A stretch of 64,000 nucleotides of DNA from an uncultured Candidatus Saccharibacteria bacterium (GCA_964594155.1 CAZQLH010000001.1:1448-65447); one strand, 5' to 3'; numbered from the stretch's first letter, positions 1 to 9,569 are shown. Numbers and translations: made by a program. Notes: generated by a model not told the origin, from the letters alone.

Positions 1-1009
1 TACAACCGTTATTGCAAGATTTTTGCCATTCACAAGAGAAACATTCAGACGGTAAATTGTTTATTCTTTCTACATAACTTAATCTTTCAGCGCTGTTTAA
101 AACTTCAAGGAGTGGTTGTTTAGAAATATCACCTAGTAATAAATCAGGATAACCAGATGACCTATCGCAAGGATAGATTTTGCCATCGTACTCAAGACAA
201 AAATATCCAGCGCAAGATCCATTAAAAGCGCAACTTGAAGGTTTTTTATTAAACATAGCAGAAATGAAATTTTCAATCTCGCGGATTTTAAGCTTGGAGT
301 CATTTTGGGCAAGCCAAAGGTTGATTTGATCTATTAGGAATGTTGTAAGTTGTTTATTTGTAAGACTTTGGCCTGGCATCATCCGATTTTCATTGTTTTT
401 ATCAAGATAGATGTTTGTGCTCCACCCTCTAGCGCCAACAATATTTGTAAAGAAATTGAAATTTTCTTTAGTTTGAGATAAGTTGTCGCTTGTGAGGGTC
501 TGGATAATACCTGGTTTGATGTTGTGGTTACGAAGAATTTTTATTCCTCGCATTATTTGATTAAAACTTCCTTTTCCGTTGTAATTTTTTCGAAATCGAT
601 TATTGCTTTTTTCGTTGCCGTCTAAACTTACACCTACTTTGAAATTATATTCTTTAAAGAACTTAGCCCATTCTTCATTAATTAACGTGGCATTGGTCTG
701 GATGAAATTCTGGATTACTTGATTATTTCTAGTGATTTGTGATTGAATTTCAACTATTCTACGAAAGAAAGACAATCCTGCAAGTAACGGTTCTCCGCCA
801 TGCCAAATGAACATGAAGCGATCTGTAAAAAGTTGCATATACTCTACTAAAAACTTTCTAAGTAATTCATAATTCATGCGACAATTAGTAGATTGGTCTG
901 TTGTACTATAGAAACAATAACCGCAACGAAGATTACAGGAATTGCCGACTATTTTAATAATCGGAATCATTGTTTTAAACGGCGAAGCTAAGATGATAGG
1001 TTTTTTCAT
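1..1009 (-). CDS. Radical SAM/SPASM protein (anaerobic sulfatase-maturase/peptide-maturase-like), runs off the window edge
   Basis: Manual translation: MKKPIILASPF...CNLRCGYC (CxxxCxxC), WHGGEP, QTNATL, VSLDG, SPASM cysteines (SCAFNGSC...YPC...CFSCEWQKSCNNGC). SD GGAGGTG at 1014-1020. Not in the ORF track because the 3' end is outside the window. Confidence 0.9.
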   Translation of the reverse strand, partial: MKKPIILASPFKTMIPIIKIVGNSCNLRCGYCFYSTTDQSTNCRMNYELLRKFLVEYMQLFTDRFMFIWHGGEPLLAGLSFFRRIVEIQSQITRNNQVIQNFIQTNATLINEEWAKFFKEYNFKVGVSLDGNEKSNNRFRKNYNGKGSFNQIMRGIKILRNHNIKPGIIQTLTSDNLSQTKENFNFFTNIVGARGWSTNIYLDKNNENRMMPGQSLTNKQLTTFLIDQINLWLAQNDSKLKIREIENFISAMFNKKPSSCAFNGSCAGYFCLEYDGKIYPCDRSSGYPDLLLGDISKQPLLEVLNSAERLSYVERINNLPSECFSCEWQKSCNNGC

Positions 1010-1098
1010 ATTACACCTCCTTTATGTTTGTATTTAAATTTTAATGTGCAAAATTGCATCCATTAGCTGCCAAAATTATCTTTTAGAATTCTATCTAT

Positions 1099-1127
1099 AG
1101 TATGGTAAATCATGTTATAAATGTCAA
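1099..1127 (-). promoter_or_regulatory. Sigma70 promoter for the radical SAM gene
   Basis: TTGACA-17 nt-CATACT on the minus strand. Confidence 0.55.
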
Positions 1128-1273
1128 TGTTTGTACAGTTTTTTGACTATATTCAAACAATAGAAGATTTTTATCGCTGTACATGACGAGATATAGGCAA
1201 TACACATGATGAGATACATAGGTAACACCTCTAAAATCAAGAAATATGTTAAAAAATATGGTAAGATATTAAT

Positions 1274-3013
1274 ATGGAAATATTTAAAGATTCAAAAATT
1301 ATTTGGCGGTATTTGAGAAAGTATAAAAGAAAAGTTTATTTCATAGCTCTAATTGCTTTAATGGGCTCTTTTGTTAGCGCTGTTATTCCATATATTTATG
1401 GTCGTTTAGTTGATATTGCTGTTGAAGAATCTTCAAGTTTCCAATTAATTGGAGGAATTCTTTTAGGTTGGTTAATTTTGTCTTTATTAGGCAATTGGCT
1501 TGGCCGTATAGCTAGAAATAGAGGAAATCGTGTTTCTATTGACGTTGAAATGGATTTTCGTTTGAAAATAACTAATCATCTTTTGTTTTTGCCTTTAAGC
1601 TTTCATAAGAATGAGAAAATGGGAGAAATTATTCAAAGAGCTAATCGCGGGGCTGGTTTTTTAGATACAATTATTAGCCAAGTTGTTTTTCATCTTGGAC
1701 CAGATTTTTTAACAATTATTGGTTCTTTAATTATTATGGGCTTGGTTGAATGGAGATTAATGATATTTTTATTATTTATTTTATTTTTTTATTTTTTAGC
1801 TACTATTTGGAAAGTAAAACCAATTGTTAAAGCGCAAAAAGAATTAAATAAAATTTATGAAAAATCTTTTGGCGATCTTTATGATTCCATTCTTAATATT
1901 CAAACAGTTAAATCATTTACCAATGAAGAGTTAGAAAGAAAAAAAACAAATAAGAATTTTAGAGATAAAGCTGGTCAAAAGTTTAAGTCTTTTATGGATC
2001 TTTGGCGTATTCTTAATGCTTGGCAGCAAACAATTTTTAGCATAGGATTTGTATTTATTTTTGGCGGAGCTATTTTGTTTTTAAGAAAAGATATTATTAC
2101 TGCTGGCCAATTAGTTATGTTTGTTGGTTATATTAATTTAACATATCGTCCTTTTGCTTCTTTAGCTTATAATTATCGCCAAGTAAGAACTGGGCTAACT
2201 GCCATTCAAAGAGCAGAAAAGCTTCTTAAAGTTAAACCTGAACTTTATCAGAAAGATAAAAAAGAATTAAAGGATATTAAAAGCGAGGTGGAATTTATTA
2301 ATATTAGCTTTAATTACAAAAAAGGCAATCGGGTATTAAAGAATGTTAGCTTTAAAGCTAAATCTGGAGAAATGATTGCTTTGATTGGCGAAAGCGGGGT
2401 TGGTAAAACAACTTTTATTGATTTGATTTCCCGTTACTATATTCCCAAACAAGGGAAAATTTTAATAGATGGACAAGATATTGCTGAAATTAATTTAGAA
2501 TCATTAAGAGAAAATATTGCTGTTGTTCCTCAAGAAGTAACTTTATTTAATGACACAATTAAGAATAATATTAGATATGGGAGGCCTAAAGCTAGTGAAA
2601 AAGAAGTTATTGAAGCGTCTAAAGCGGCTCATGTTCATAATTTTGTTCAAAAGTTTGATAAGAAATATGAGCAATTAGTAGGTGAGCGAGGAATTAAGCT
2701 TTCTACTGGACAAAAACAAAGAGTGGCTATTGCCAGGGCTATCTTGAGAAATCCTAAGATTCTTATTCTTGACGAAGCTACTTCAAGCTTAGATTCGGCT
2801 ACGGAAAAATTAGTTCAAGATGCTTTGAGTTATTTAATTAAAGGAAGAACTACTTTTGTAATTGCTCATCGCTTAAGCACTATTCAAAAAGCTGATCAAA
2901 TTCTTGTTTTAGAAAAAGGCTGTATTGTTGAACAAGGAGATCATCAAGAATTAATTAATAAAGGCGGAGTTTATAAGAAGCTTTCTAAGTTACAATCAAC
3001 TATAATAAGATAA
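1274..3013 (+). CDS. ABC exporter, fused permease/ATPase (MsbA/MdlB type, no C39 peptidase domain)
   Basis: N-terminal TM helices, Walker A GESGVGKT, signature LSTGQ, ILILDEATS, IAHRLST. Confidence 0.93.
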   Translation: MEIFKDSKIIWRYLRKYKRKVYFIALIALMGSFVSAVIPYIYGRLVDIAVEESSSFQLIGGILLGWLILSLLGNWLGRIARNRGNRVSIDVEMDFRLKITNHLLFLPLSFHKNEKMGEIIQRANRGAGFLDTIISQVVFHLGPDFLTIIGSLIIMGLVEWRLMIFLLFILFFYFLATIWKVKPIVKAQKELNKIYEKSFGDLYDSILNIQTVKSFTNEELERKKTNKNFRDKAGQKFKSFMDLWRILNAWQQTIFSIGFVFIFGGAILFLRKDIITAGQLVMFVGYINLTYRPFASLAYNYRQVRTGLTAIQRAEKLLKVKPELYQKDKKELKDIKSEVEFINISFNYKKGNRVLKNVSFKAKSGEMIALIGESGVGKTTFIDLISRYYIPKQGKILIDGQDIAEINLESLRENIAVVPQEVTLFNDTIKNNIRYGRPKASEKEVIEASKAAHVHNFVQKFDKKYEQLVGERGIKLSTGQKQRVAIARAILRNPKILILDEATSSLDSATEKLVQDALSYLIKGRTTFVIAHRLSTIQKADQILVLEKGCIVEQGDHQELINKGGVYKKLSKLQSTIIR

Positions 3014-3022
3014 GATTTTAAG

Positions 3023-3058
3023 GAAACAAAAAACCATTGAGTATGGTTTTTTTGTTTT
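3023..3058. terminator. Probable bidirectional terminator
   Basis: AAAAAACCAT-TGAGT-ATGGTTTTTT hairpin between convergent genes. Confidence 0.6.
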
Positions 3059-3076
3059 GACGATAAGCTATATTTT

Positions 3077-3730
3077 TCAAATATATTGGAAGAAAGATTT
3101 AATTAGATTGATGATAGTTTTGTTATTGATAAGTATGCCAGATGATTTGTTTGGAAGAATAATGACTTTATCGTAAATAATAGCAATTCCCTGAAAGGAG
3201 ATAGGAAGTTTTTTTTCTGTGATTTGTATTTTACCCAGGCGTTTTTTAATTTTTTTGTAAATAATCTTTCTTTCTTTTCCGGGCCAGATTTTTTCATTAT
3301 TGATTAAAACATAGATTTTTCTGCTTTTGGTTGTTAATAAATCATCAAACAGAATTTTTATCCCCTTTTTATCTTTATAACTTTTAATTTCTCTTTGATC
3401 GTCTAAAGAATATTTGCTTCGCAAAGTGGCAATAATTCTAATAAATTCCCGTTCTTTTTCTTCTATTTCTTTTTTTTGCCTGCGCAGAATTCCTAAAAGG
3501 TTGTCTGGCGATTCAGCAATAAAGTATCTTTTTCGCTTGTCTTTTGATTCAGAAATAAGGCCTTTTTCTTTTAAGGATTTGATAATCTTATAAGTGGTTG
3601 GCCTGCTTATTTTAGCTTGTTGGGCAATTTTTTGAACAGAAGTATAGCCCAGCTCTAAAGCGGTTAAATAGACTTTGGCTTCTTTTTCACTTAATCCTAA
3701 TTTTCTTAATTCTAACGGCAAAGTTTCCAT
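3077..3730 (-). CDS. TrmB-family HTH transcriptional regulator
   Basis: LGLSEKEAKVYLTALELG...ISRPTTY...L.EKGLI N-terminal TrmB pattern; ATG at 3730 preferred. Confidence 0.85.
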   Translation of the reverse strand: METLPLELRKLGLSEKEAKVYLTALELGYTSVQKIAQQAKISRPTTYKIIKSLKEKGLISESKDKRKRYFIAESPDNLLGILRRQKKEIEEKEREFIRIIATLRSKYSLDDQREIKSYKDKKGIKILFDDLLTTKSRKIYVLINNEKIWPGKERKIIYKKIKKRLGKIQITEKKLPISFQGIAIIYDKVIILPNKSSGILINNKTIINLIKSFFQYI

Positions 3731-3758
3731 ATGATTATCATATAGCAAAAAAAAGACA

Positions 3759-3791
3759 TTGACAAGGTTTATTTATATAAGGTATTATAAT
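3759..3791 (+). promoter_or_regulatory. Sigma70 promoter of the precursor/rSAM operon
   Basis: TTGACA 3759-3764, TATTAT 3783-3788; divergent from the TrmB gene. Confidence 0.6.
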
Positions 3792-3868
3792 AAAAGTAAA
3801 TTTGAAGGAAATTTACTATAATTTTTTGTTTTTTAAAAACTAGACAATGAAAGGAGGTGAGAAGAATT

Positions 3869-4030
3869 ATGGTTATCAAAGATGAGGCGCTTCGAGTTTT
3901 GGCCCGTTATGCTTATTGGAGAAAACATTTAGGGTTGCCTCAGAAAAGTGAACAGGTTTTAAATTCTCTTAGTCTTAGTTGTGACGGAGAATGTAAGGCT
4001 TGTTTAGGGCCGTGCTCAGGTGATGATTAA
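3869..4030 (+). CDS. 53-aa Cys-rich putative RiPP precursor peptide
   Basis: Strong SD AAAGGAGGTGA, then MVIKDEALRVLARYAYWRKHLGLPQKSEQVLNSLSLSCDGECKACLGPCSGDD*; directly upstream of an rSAM/SPASM gene. Confidence 0.8.
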   Translation: MVIKDEALRVLARYAYWRKHLGLPQKSEQVLNSLSLSCDGECKACLGPCSGDD

Positions 4031-4090
4031 AATTAAACTTTGGGAACGTTTCAATAGAGAGGCGTTCCTATTCTTTTAGGAGAGATTGAA

Positions 4091-5185
4091 ATGAAAGATA
4101 GAGATAATAATAACCCTTTTTTTTCTTTGCAATGGCATATAACTTCTAAATGTGATCAACAATGTAAACACTGTTATATGTTTCAGTCTACTGAACTTGC
4201 CAAAAATGAAAAAGATTTGAGTTTTGAAGAGATTATTGAAGTGGTAAAAGATTTTTTAGATACCTGTGAAAAATTGAATGCTAACGCATTCATTGCTTTT
4301 ACTGGAGGTGATCCTCTTTTGAGAGAAGATTTTTTTTCGATTTTGGATTTTATACGCAAAGAAATACATAAACGTGGCATGAAATTTCCTATTATTGATA
4401 TTATGGGAAATCCATTTCATTTAGATTTAGAAACTGCTAAAAACCTAAAGGAAAAAGGAGTAAGACGGTATCAAATAAGTATAGATGGAGTGAGAGAAAA
4501 ACATGATGTACTTAGAAAGAAAGGCAGTTTTCAGGATTCTTTAGAAGCTATTGAAGTACTAAAAAAGACAGGAATAACAACAATTGTGATGTTCACGCTA
4601 AGTAAGTTTAATGCAGTAGATTTTTTTTCTTTAGTTGAACTTTTAGTGAGAGACTGCGAAATAGATATTTTTGCTTTTGCTCGTTTAGTCAGGCCAGAAT
4701 TGATGCCAATTAAAGATTATAGAAAAGTTAGCTTTTCTCCTTTTGAATATAGAGATTTTCTTATAAAAGTAGATTCTTTATACAACACCCTGCACAATGC
4801 CGGTTACAAGACTAAATTTTCCTTAAAAGATCATTTATGGAAGCTGTTTTTATATGAACGAGGTGAATTTACCTTTAATAGTGTAAATGATGGGATTGTT
4901 TATGGTGGATGTGGAATAGGAGTGGCTAATCTTTCTGTTTTATGTGATGGGAAAGTATACGCCTGCAGACGATTTCCAAGCTTGATAGGGAATGTGCCAA
5001 AAGATAAACTAATAGATATATTTTTACAGTCGGAGAAGCTAAATTGTTATCGTGAATTGTCTAATTTCATTAAATGTAAAAAATGTGAATTATTGCAATA
5101 TTGCCGTGGGTGTGGTGCGGTAGCGTATGGTGTTTTTGGTTCATTTTTTGCACCTGATCCTCAATGTTGGAAGAAACTTGATTAA
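4091..5185 (+). CDS. Radical SAM/SPASM peptide maturase (ACGX-system maturase-like)
   Basis: QWHITSKCDQQCKHC, TGGDPLL, GNPFHL, KDHLW, SPASM GGCGIG..ACRRF..CKKC...CRGC..DPQCW. Confidence 0.9.
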   Translation: MKDRDNNNPFFSLQWHITSKCDQQCKHCYMFQSTELAKNEKDLSFEEIIEVVKDFLDTCEKLNANAFIAFTGGDPLLREDFFSILDFIRKEIHKRGMKFPIIDIMGNPFHLDLETAKNLKEKGVRRYQISIDGVREKHDVLRKKGSFQDSLEAIEVLKKTGITTIVMFTLSKFNAVDFFSLVELLVRDCEIDIFAFARLVRPELMPIKDYRKVSFSPFEYRDFLIKVDSLYNTLHNAGYKTKFSLKDHLWKLFLYERGEFTFNSVNDGIVYGGCGIGVANLSVLCDGKVYACRRFPSLIGNVPKDKLIDIFLQSEKLNCYRELSNFIKCKKCELLQYCRGCGAVAYGVFGSFFAPDPQCWKKLD

Positions 5186-5241
5186 GTCTGTGTTTGTGTT
5201 TTATAATAGAGAGTAGAGATATTTCTACTCTCTTTATTTTT

Positions 5242-5847
5242 ATGTTTAAGTTTGCTAAAAAAATAAATAATAAGGTCAAACAATTGGCCTCAAGAATTCC
5301 TAAAAATGGAAAGGTTTTAGATTTAGGTTCAGGTATGGGTGCTAATAGTATTTTTTTATCAGATCAAGGTTTTAAAGTTACTTGCGTGGATAAAGATAAA
5401 GAGGTGATTAATGAAATAAAAAAAAAGTGTCAAGAAATTAATGTTGTATCAGGAAATATTTTAGATTTTGGTTTTCCTGAAAATGAGTATGATTTAATTT
5501 TAATATTGAATGTTTTGCATTTTTTTAGATTTACAGAGGTAAAAATAATAATAGACAAAACAATTAAATCTTTAAGAAAAGGAGGATTAGTTTATCTTGA
5601 GGTTTTCTCTACTAAAGATCCTTCGTATGTTAATTTTATAAAAGTTGCTCAGAAAATTAAAGGAGAAGGTTCGTTTTATAGTAAAAAAATGAAAAGTTTT
5701 GTACATTATTTTACAAAAGAGGAAATTATAAAGCTTTTTTCTGGGAACAAAATTTTAGAAATAGAAGAAAAGATAACAAGAGATAATCATCCGCCCATTG
5801 GCATACACAAACATAGTATTTTTTTTGTAGTGGTCGAAAAAGTTTGA
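5242..5847 (+). CDS. Class I SAM-dependent methyltransferase (TehB-like)
   Basis: VLDLGSGMGANS motif I, YDLI motif, L.KGG. Confidence 0.85.
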   Translation: MFKFAKKINNKVKQLASRIPKNGKVLDLGSGMGANSIFLSDQGFKVTCVDKDKEVINEIKKKCQEINVVSGNILDFGFPENEYDLILILNVLHFFRFTEVKIIIDKTIKSLRKGGLVYLEVFSTKDPSYVNFIKVAQKIKGEGSFYSKKMKSFVHYFTKEEIIKLFSGNKILEIEEKITRDNHPPIGIHKHSIFFVVVEKV

Positions 5848-6061
5848 AGGAATGAAAAGTTATTAAAGTAAAATTATCAATATTTTATTGTCAATCATTA
5901 CTTTACAAATAATCATTTAAAACATCGCTTTAATCAAGCGATTTTTGTTTATTTTCGTTCCTGTGGATAATTTTTGTCGGGAAAAACTTGACAAAGGTTT
6001 ATAAAATAGCATATAATCATAATATAAAGTTGTCTTTGAAATCATAATTAAGTTTAAAAAT

Positions 6062-6160
6062 ATGGACAACAAAATTATTTTAGCCATTATCATAATAGCA
6101 GTGCCAGTATCATTAACTTTGATAATCTGGTTAATTGGCAAGTATTACAGTAAAGAATAA
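6062..6160 (+). CDS. 32-aa single-TM small protein
   Basis: MDNKIILAIIIIAVPVSLTLIIWLIGKYYSKE*; preceded by TTGACA (5988) and TATAAT (6012). Confidence 0.55.
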   Translation: MDNKIILAIIIIAVPVSLTLIIWLIGKYYSKE

Positions 6161-6288
6161 AAAGTTATTGAAAGCTAACAAATCAAATCAAAAAGATTAA
6201 GATTTAATCTCCTTGATTCGGTTTGTTAAATAGAGAACCGAGTGGTTCTTTGAAAATATAATACTTGGAGAAAAAAGGGGGTGATGAT

Positions 6289-7320
6289 ATGTTACTGCAT
6301 CCTGGAACTGGGATGGAAAGCCTGAATGATTATAAAGTTCGGGTTGGCAATGGCGGAGTTATAATTACAACTCTTGGAGCAAAGGAATTTAACGGAGAAT
6401 ATAATAAAAGGAATTGGTTGTATGTGCTATTTATGCGACTGGTCAGTATCTGGGCAGCATTGACAAACTTCACTCAAGCTCTTTTTATTAAGGTGTTCAA
6501 AAAAAGGAAAAGTTCTCTTGGGAAAATTCTCTGGGAGATGGGAAGAGACCCAGAACACATTTCTAGTTTTTTTGGCGATCGATTTAGCAGGATTAACCAC
6601 CAGGCTGTAGTTGGAGCTGCAAGTTGGAAATCTCTTGATATTGTTTACAATTATCATGAGAAGATTAAGCCACAGCTTAATGGCGGTGTTGAAGGTTGGT
6701 TAACAAATCATTGGATCGGAAAACTTGAAAACCGTCAGGCTATTGCTAATCGATTGAAAATTATTATTAATCTTTTAACAAAGGCCTTTGCAGAATTTGC
6801 TAATGAGCCGGAAATTAGAATAATTTCACTGGCTTCTGGTTCAGCCCAGGCAGTTATAGAGGCAATGTTAAAGCGTCCTCATTTTAATATTAAAGCAGTT
6901 TTAATTGATATTGACAGAACTGCTTTAGCAGCTGCAAAAGCTTACGCTGAAAAAAATGGGTTAGGAGATAGATTTACCTTTATCAAGGGCACAACTAGAG
7001 TTTTGGAAAAAGTTTGTCAGGAATTTCAACCTCATATTATTGAGATGGTTGGATTTCTTGATTACAGGCCTGATGATAAGGCAATTAAATTAATCAATAA
7101 GATTAAAGACTGCCTGTCTGATAAAGGAATTTTTCTAACCTGCAACATTAACTACAATCGGGAGAAAATCTTTCTTGATTGGGTTATGTTATGGCCCATG
7201 ATTTATAGAAGCGAGGAACAGTTTACAAAATTGCTTCTCAATGGAGGTTTTTTTCCTCAAAATGTTGACATATTTTATGAACCGTTTCAGATTCATGGAA
7301 TTGGAGTATGTCAAAAATAA
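6289..7320 (+). CDS. SAM-dependent methyltransferase (YnbC/PhcB-like family)
   Basis: IISLASGSAQ motif I, LIDID, EMVGFLDY, MIYRS; SD GGGGGTGA before ATG 6289. Confidence 0.75.
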   Translation: MLLHPGTGMESLNDYKVRVGNGGVIITTLGAKEFNGEYNKRNWLYVLFMRLVSIWAALTNFTQALFIKVFKKRKSSLGKILWEMGRDPEHISSFFGDRFSRINHQAVVGAASWKSLDIVYNYHEKIKPQLNGGVEGWLTNHWIGKLENRQAIANRLKIIINLLTKAFAEFANEPEIRIISLASGSAQAVIEAMLKRPHFNIKAVLIDIDRTALAAAKAYAEKNGLGDRFTFIKGTTRVLEKVCQEFQPHIIEMVGFLDYRPDDKAIKLINKIKDCLSDKGIFLTCNINYNREKIFLDWVMLWPMIYRSEEQFTKLLLNGGFFPQNVDIFYEPFQIHGIGVCQK

Positions 7321-7383
7321 AAACTTGATAGGCCCTTGAGAAAAATGGTAAAATAAAGCCAGATATTCTCAGGGGTCTTTCTT

Positions 7384-9510
7384 ATGAGTTTTTATGCTAT
7401 CACCGCATTAATAAATGCTATTACTAGTACTATTCTTGGGCTTTTTGTTTATTTTAAAAACAAAAAAGCAAAGATTAATCAAGCTTTTGCTTTGTTTTGT
7501 TTAAGCGCGGCTGTTTGGAGTTACGCTTATTATTTTTGGCAGATAGCTGATAATGCCAATAGCGCTCTTTTCTGGGTTCGGGGATTAATGATAGGAGCTA
7601 TTTTTGGTCCTATTTGTTATTTTTATTTTATTCTTAGACTGCTTAATAAGATTAAAGAAAAGAAAAAATCGCTTATTTTTGGATATTTAGTTTTTTTCTT
7701 TTTCTTTTTAGCTAATTTTACTTCTTTGTTTGTAAAAGGAGTAGGGCCAAAATTAGAGTTTGCTTTTTGGCCAGAGCCAGGCATTCTTTATCATCCGTTT
7801 CTTTTAGCTTGGCTTTTTTATGCGCTTTATGCGGTTTATTTATTATTCAATAAATATTTTTCTTCTTCAGGAATAACACATGCTAAGATTAAATATATTT
7901 TTATAGGAACAATTGTTGGATATTTAGGCGTGGCAACTAATTATTTATTATGGTATGATATTCCTATTCCGCCAATAGGTAATTGGACAGCTACATTTTA
8001 TTTAGCTGCTGTTGCCTACGCCATTCTCAAATACCGTTTGATGGATATCAGGGTGGCGATTAAGAGAAGCACTATTTTTTCCGGAGTTGTTATTATCATC
8101 ACAGCTGTCTATGTTATGGCGGCTTTTTTGTTAGGATTGATATTCTTTGGCGGCGTTTATACCCTTAGAACACAAGTTATTACTGGTTTAATCGTAGCTA
8201 TTCTAACTGCTGTTGGATTTAGGCCGCTGTATGAATGGTTAAAAAGAACAACTGACGCATTTTTATTTAAAGGCGAGTATAAGCCAGAGGAATTAATGTC
8301 TGATGTTTCTGATGTTTTATCCCGGACTTTAGATTTAGATAAGGTTATTAATACTTTAGAAGAACAAATTACTCAAGCCTTGAGATTGGAAAATATAGAA
8401 GTAGTTGTTTTTGGAAAAGAAGGCAGGGAATTGGATAAATTAGCTAATTGTTTTAAAAAACAAAGAGATGTATTGGTCTTAGAAGAATTAAAGAGAAAAC
8501 ATTCAGAAGGAATTTTATCTGGTGAAAATTTTCTCTATATTAAAGAAATGGAAAAACTAAAGGCAGCTTTAGTTGTTCCTTTAACGCTTAAAGAAAGATT
8601 ACTCGGACTTTTTCTTTTAAAAGCTAAGAAGTCCGGGGATATGTTTACTAATGAAGATATTAAAACATTGGAAACAATTGCCGCTCAAGCAGCTATTGCA
8701 ATTGAAAACGCCCGGCTTTATGAAGAGATGAGGGATTTTTCCAAGACGCTTCAAAAAGAAGTTAGATTTCAAACAAAAGAGCTTAGAGGCGCCAATATTA
8801 GATTACAGCAATTAGACAAAGCTAAATCAGAATTTATTTCATTGGCTTCTCATCAGCTAAGAACTCCTTTAAGCATTGTTAAGGGATATATTTCAATGAT
8901 ATTAGAAGGTTCTTGGGGTAAGATTAACAAAGAACAGAAAGGTCAATTAGAAAGGGTTTATTTAAGCAATGAGCGGTTAATTAGATTAGTTGACGACTTA
9001 TTAGCTGTTTCCAGGATTGAGTCAGGCCGTTTAGAGCTTGATTTTAAATCAGTTTCTTTAGAAAAGATGACTAAGAGCGTGATTGAAGAATTTAAGAAAG
9101 TTGCTGATGACAAAGGCCTTTATTTAAAATATATTGAGCCAAAAAAGCCAATTCCTTTAATTAAAATTGATGCTTTGAAAATTAGGCAAGTTGTTCAGAA
9201 TTTAGTTGATAATGCTCTTTTTTATACTAATAAAGGAGGAGCAGTTATTCGGCTTAAAACAGATAAAGACAAAATCATTTTTAGCATTAAAGATACTGGC
9301 ATTGGCGTTTCTGCCAAAGAGCAAGTAACTTTGTTTGAAAAGTTTTCCCGCGGACATGCAGGAGCTAAAATTCATACTGAAGGAACCGGCTTAGGATTGT
9401 ATTTAGCTGCTAAGTTAGTTTCAGCTCATCAAGGCAGAATTTGGGTTAAATCCAAAGGCAAAGACAAAGGCAGCGCCTTCTATTTTGAACTGCCGATAAA
9501 AAGAAAATAA
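7384..9510 (+). CDS. Membrane sensor histidine kinase (7TM-type input, GAF, HisKA, HATPase)
   Basis: Multiple TM helices, AAIAIENARLY, ASHQLRTPL, NLVDNA, DTGIG, GTGLGL. Confidence 0.93.
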   Translation: MSFYAITALINAITSTILGLFVYFKNKKAKINQAFALFCLSAAVWSYAYYFWQIADNANSALFWVRGLMIGAIFGPICYFYFILRLLNKIKEKKKSLIFGYLVFFFFFLANFTSLFVKGVGPKLEFAFWPEPGILYHPFLLAWLFYALYAVYLLFNKYFSSSGITHAKIKYIFIGTIVGYLGVATNYLLWYDIPIPPIGNWTATFYLAAVAYAILKYRLMDIRVAIKRSTIFSGVVIIITAVYVMAAFLLGLIFFGGVYTLRTQVITGLIVAILTAVGFRPLYEWLKRTTDAFLFKGEYKPEELMSDVSDVLSRTLDLDKVINTLEEQITQALRLENIEVVVFGKEGRELDKLANCFKKQRDVLVLEELKRKHSEGILSGENFLYIKEMEKLKAALVVPLTLKERLLGLFLLKAKKSGDMFTNEDIKTLETIAAQAAIAIENARLYEEMRDFSKTLQKEVRFQTKELRGANIRLQQLDKAKSEFISLASHQLRTPLSIVKGYISMILEGSWGKINKEQKGQLERVYLSNERLIRLVDDLLAVSRIESGRLELDFKSVSLEKMTKSVIEEFKKVADDKGLYLKYIEPKKPIPLIKIDALKIRQVVQNLVDNALFYTNKGGAVIRLKTDKDKIIFSIKDTGIGVSAKEQVTLFEKFSRGHAGAKIHTEGTGLGLYLAAKLVSAHQGRIWVKSKGKDKGSAFYFELPIKRK

Positions 9511-9569
9511 TTAATTAAAGACCCGTCTATGTCTTAAAAGACTACGGTGTGGCAAAGAAGGAGAAAAAT

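Noticed and set aside
1124-1219. 31-aa minus-strand ORF with three Cys (MYLIMCIAYISSCTAIKIFYCLNIVKKLYKH) as a second precursor
   Set aside because: It has an SD-like GAGGTG but overlaps the rSAM -35 box and the tandem repeat and shows no leader/core organisation; not supportable.
3869-4030. Selenocysteine or stop-codon recoding in the precursor
   Set aside because: No in-frame TGA; the ORF ends in TAA, and TGA acts as a stop elsewhere in the window.
5917-6141. 74-aa minus-strand ORF from the track
   Set aside because: Antisense to a promoter and to the better-supported 32-aa TM ORF.
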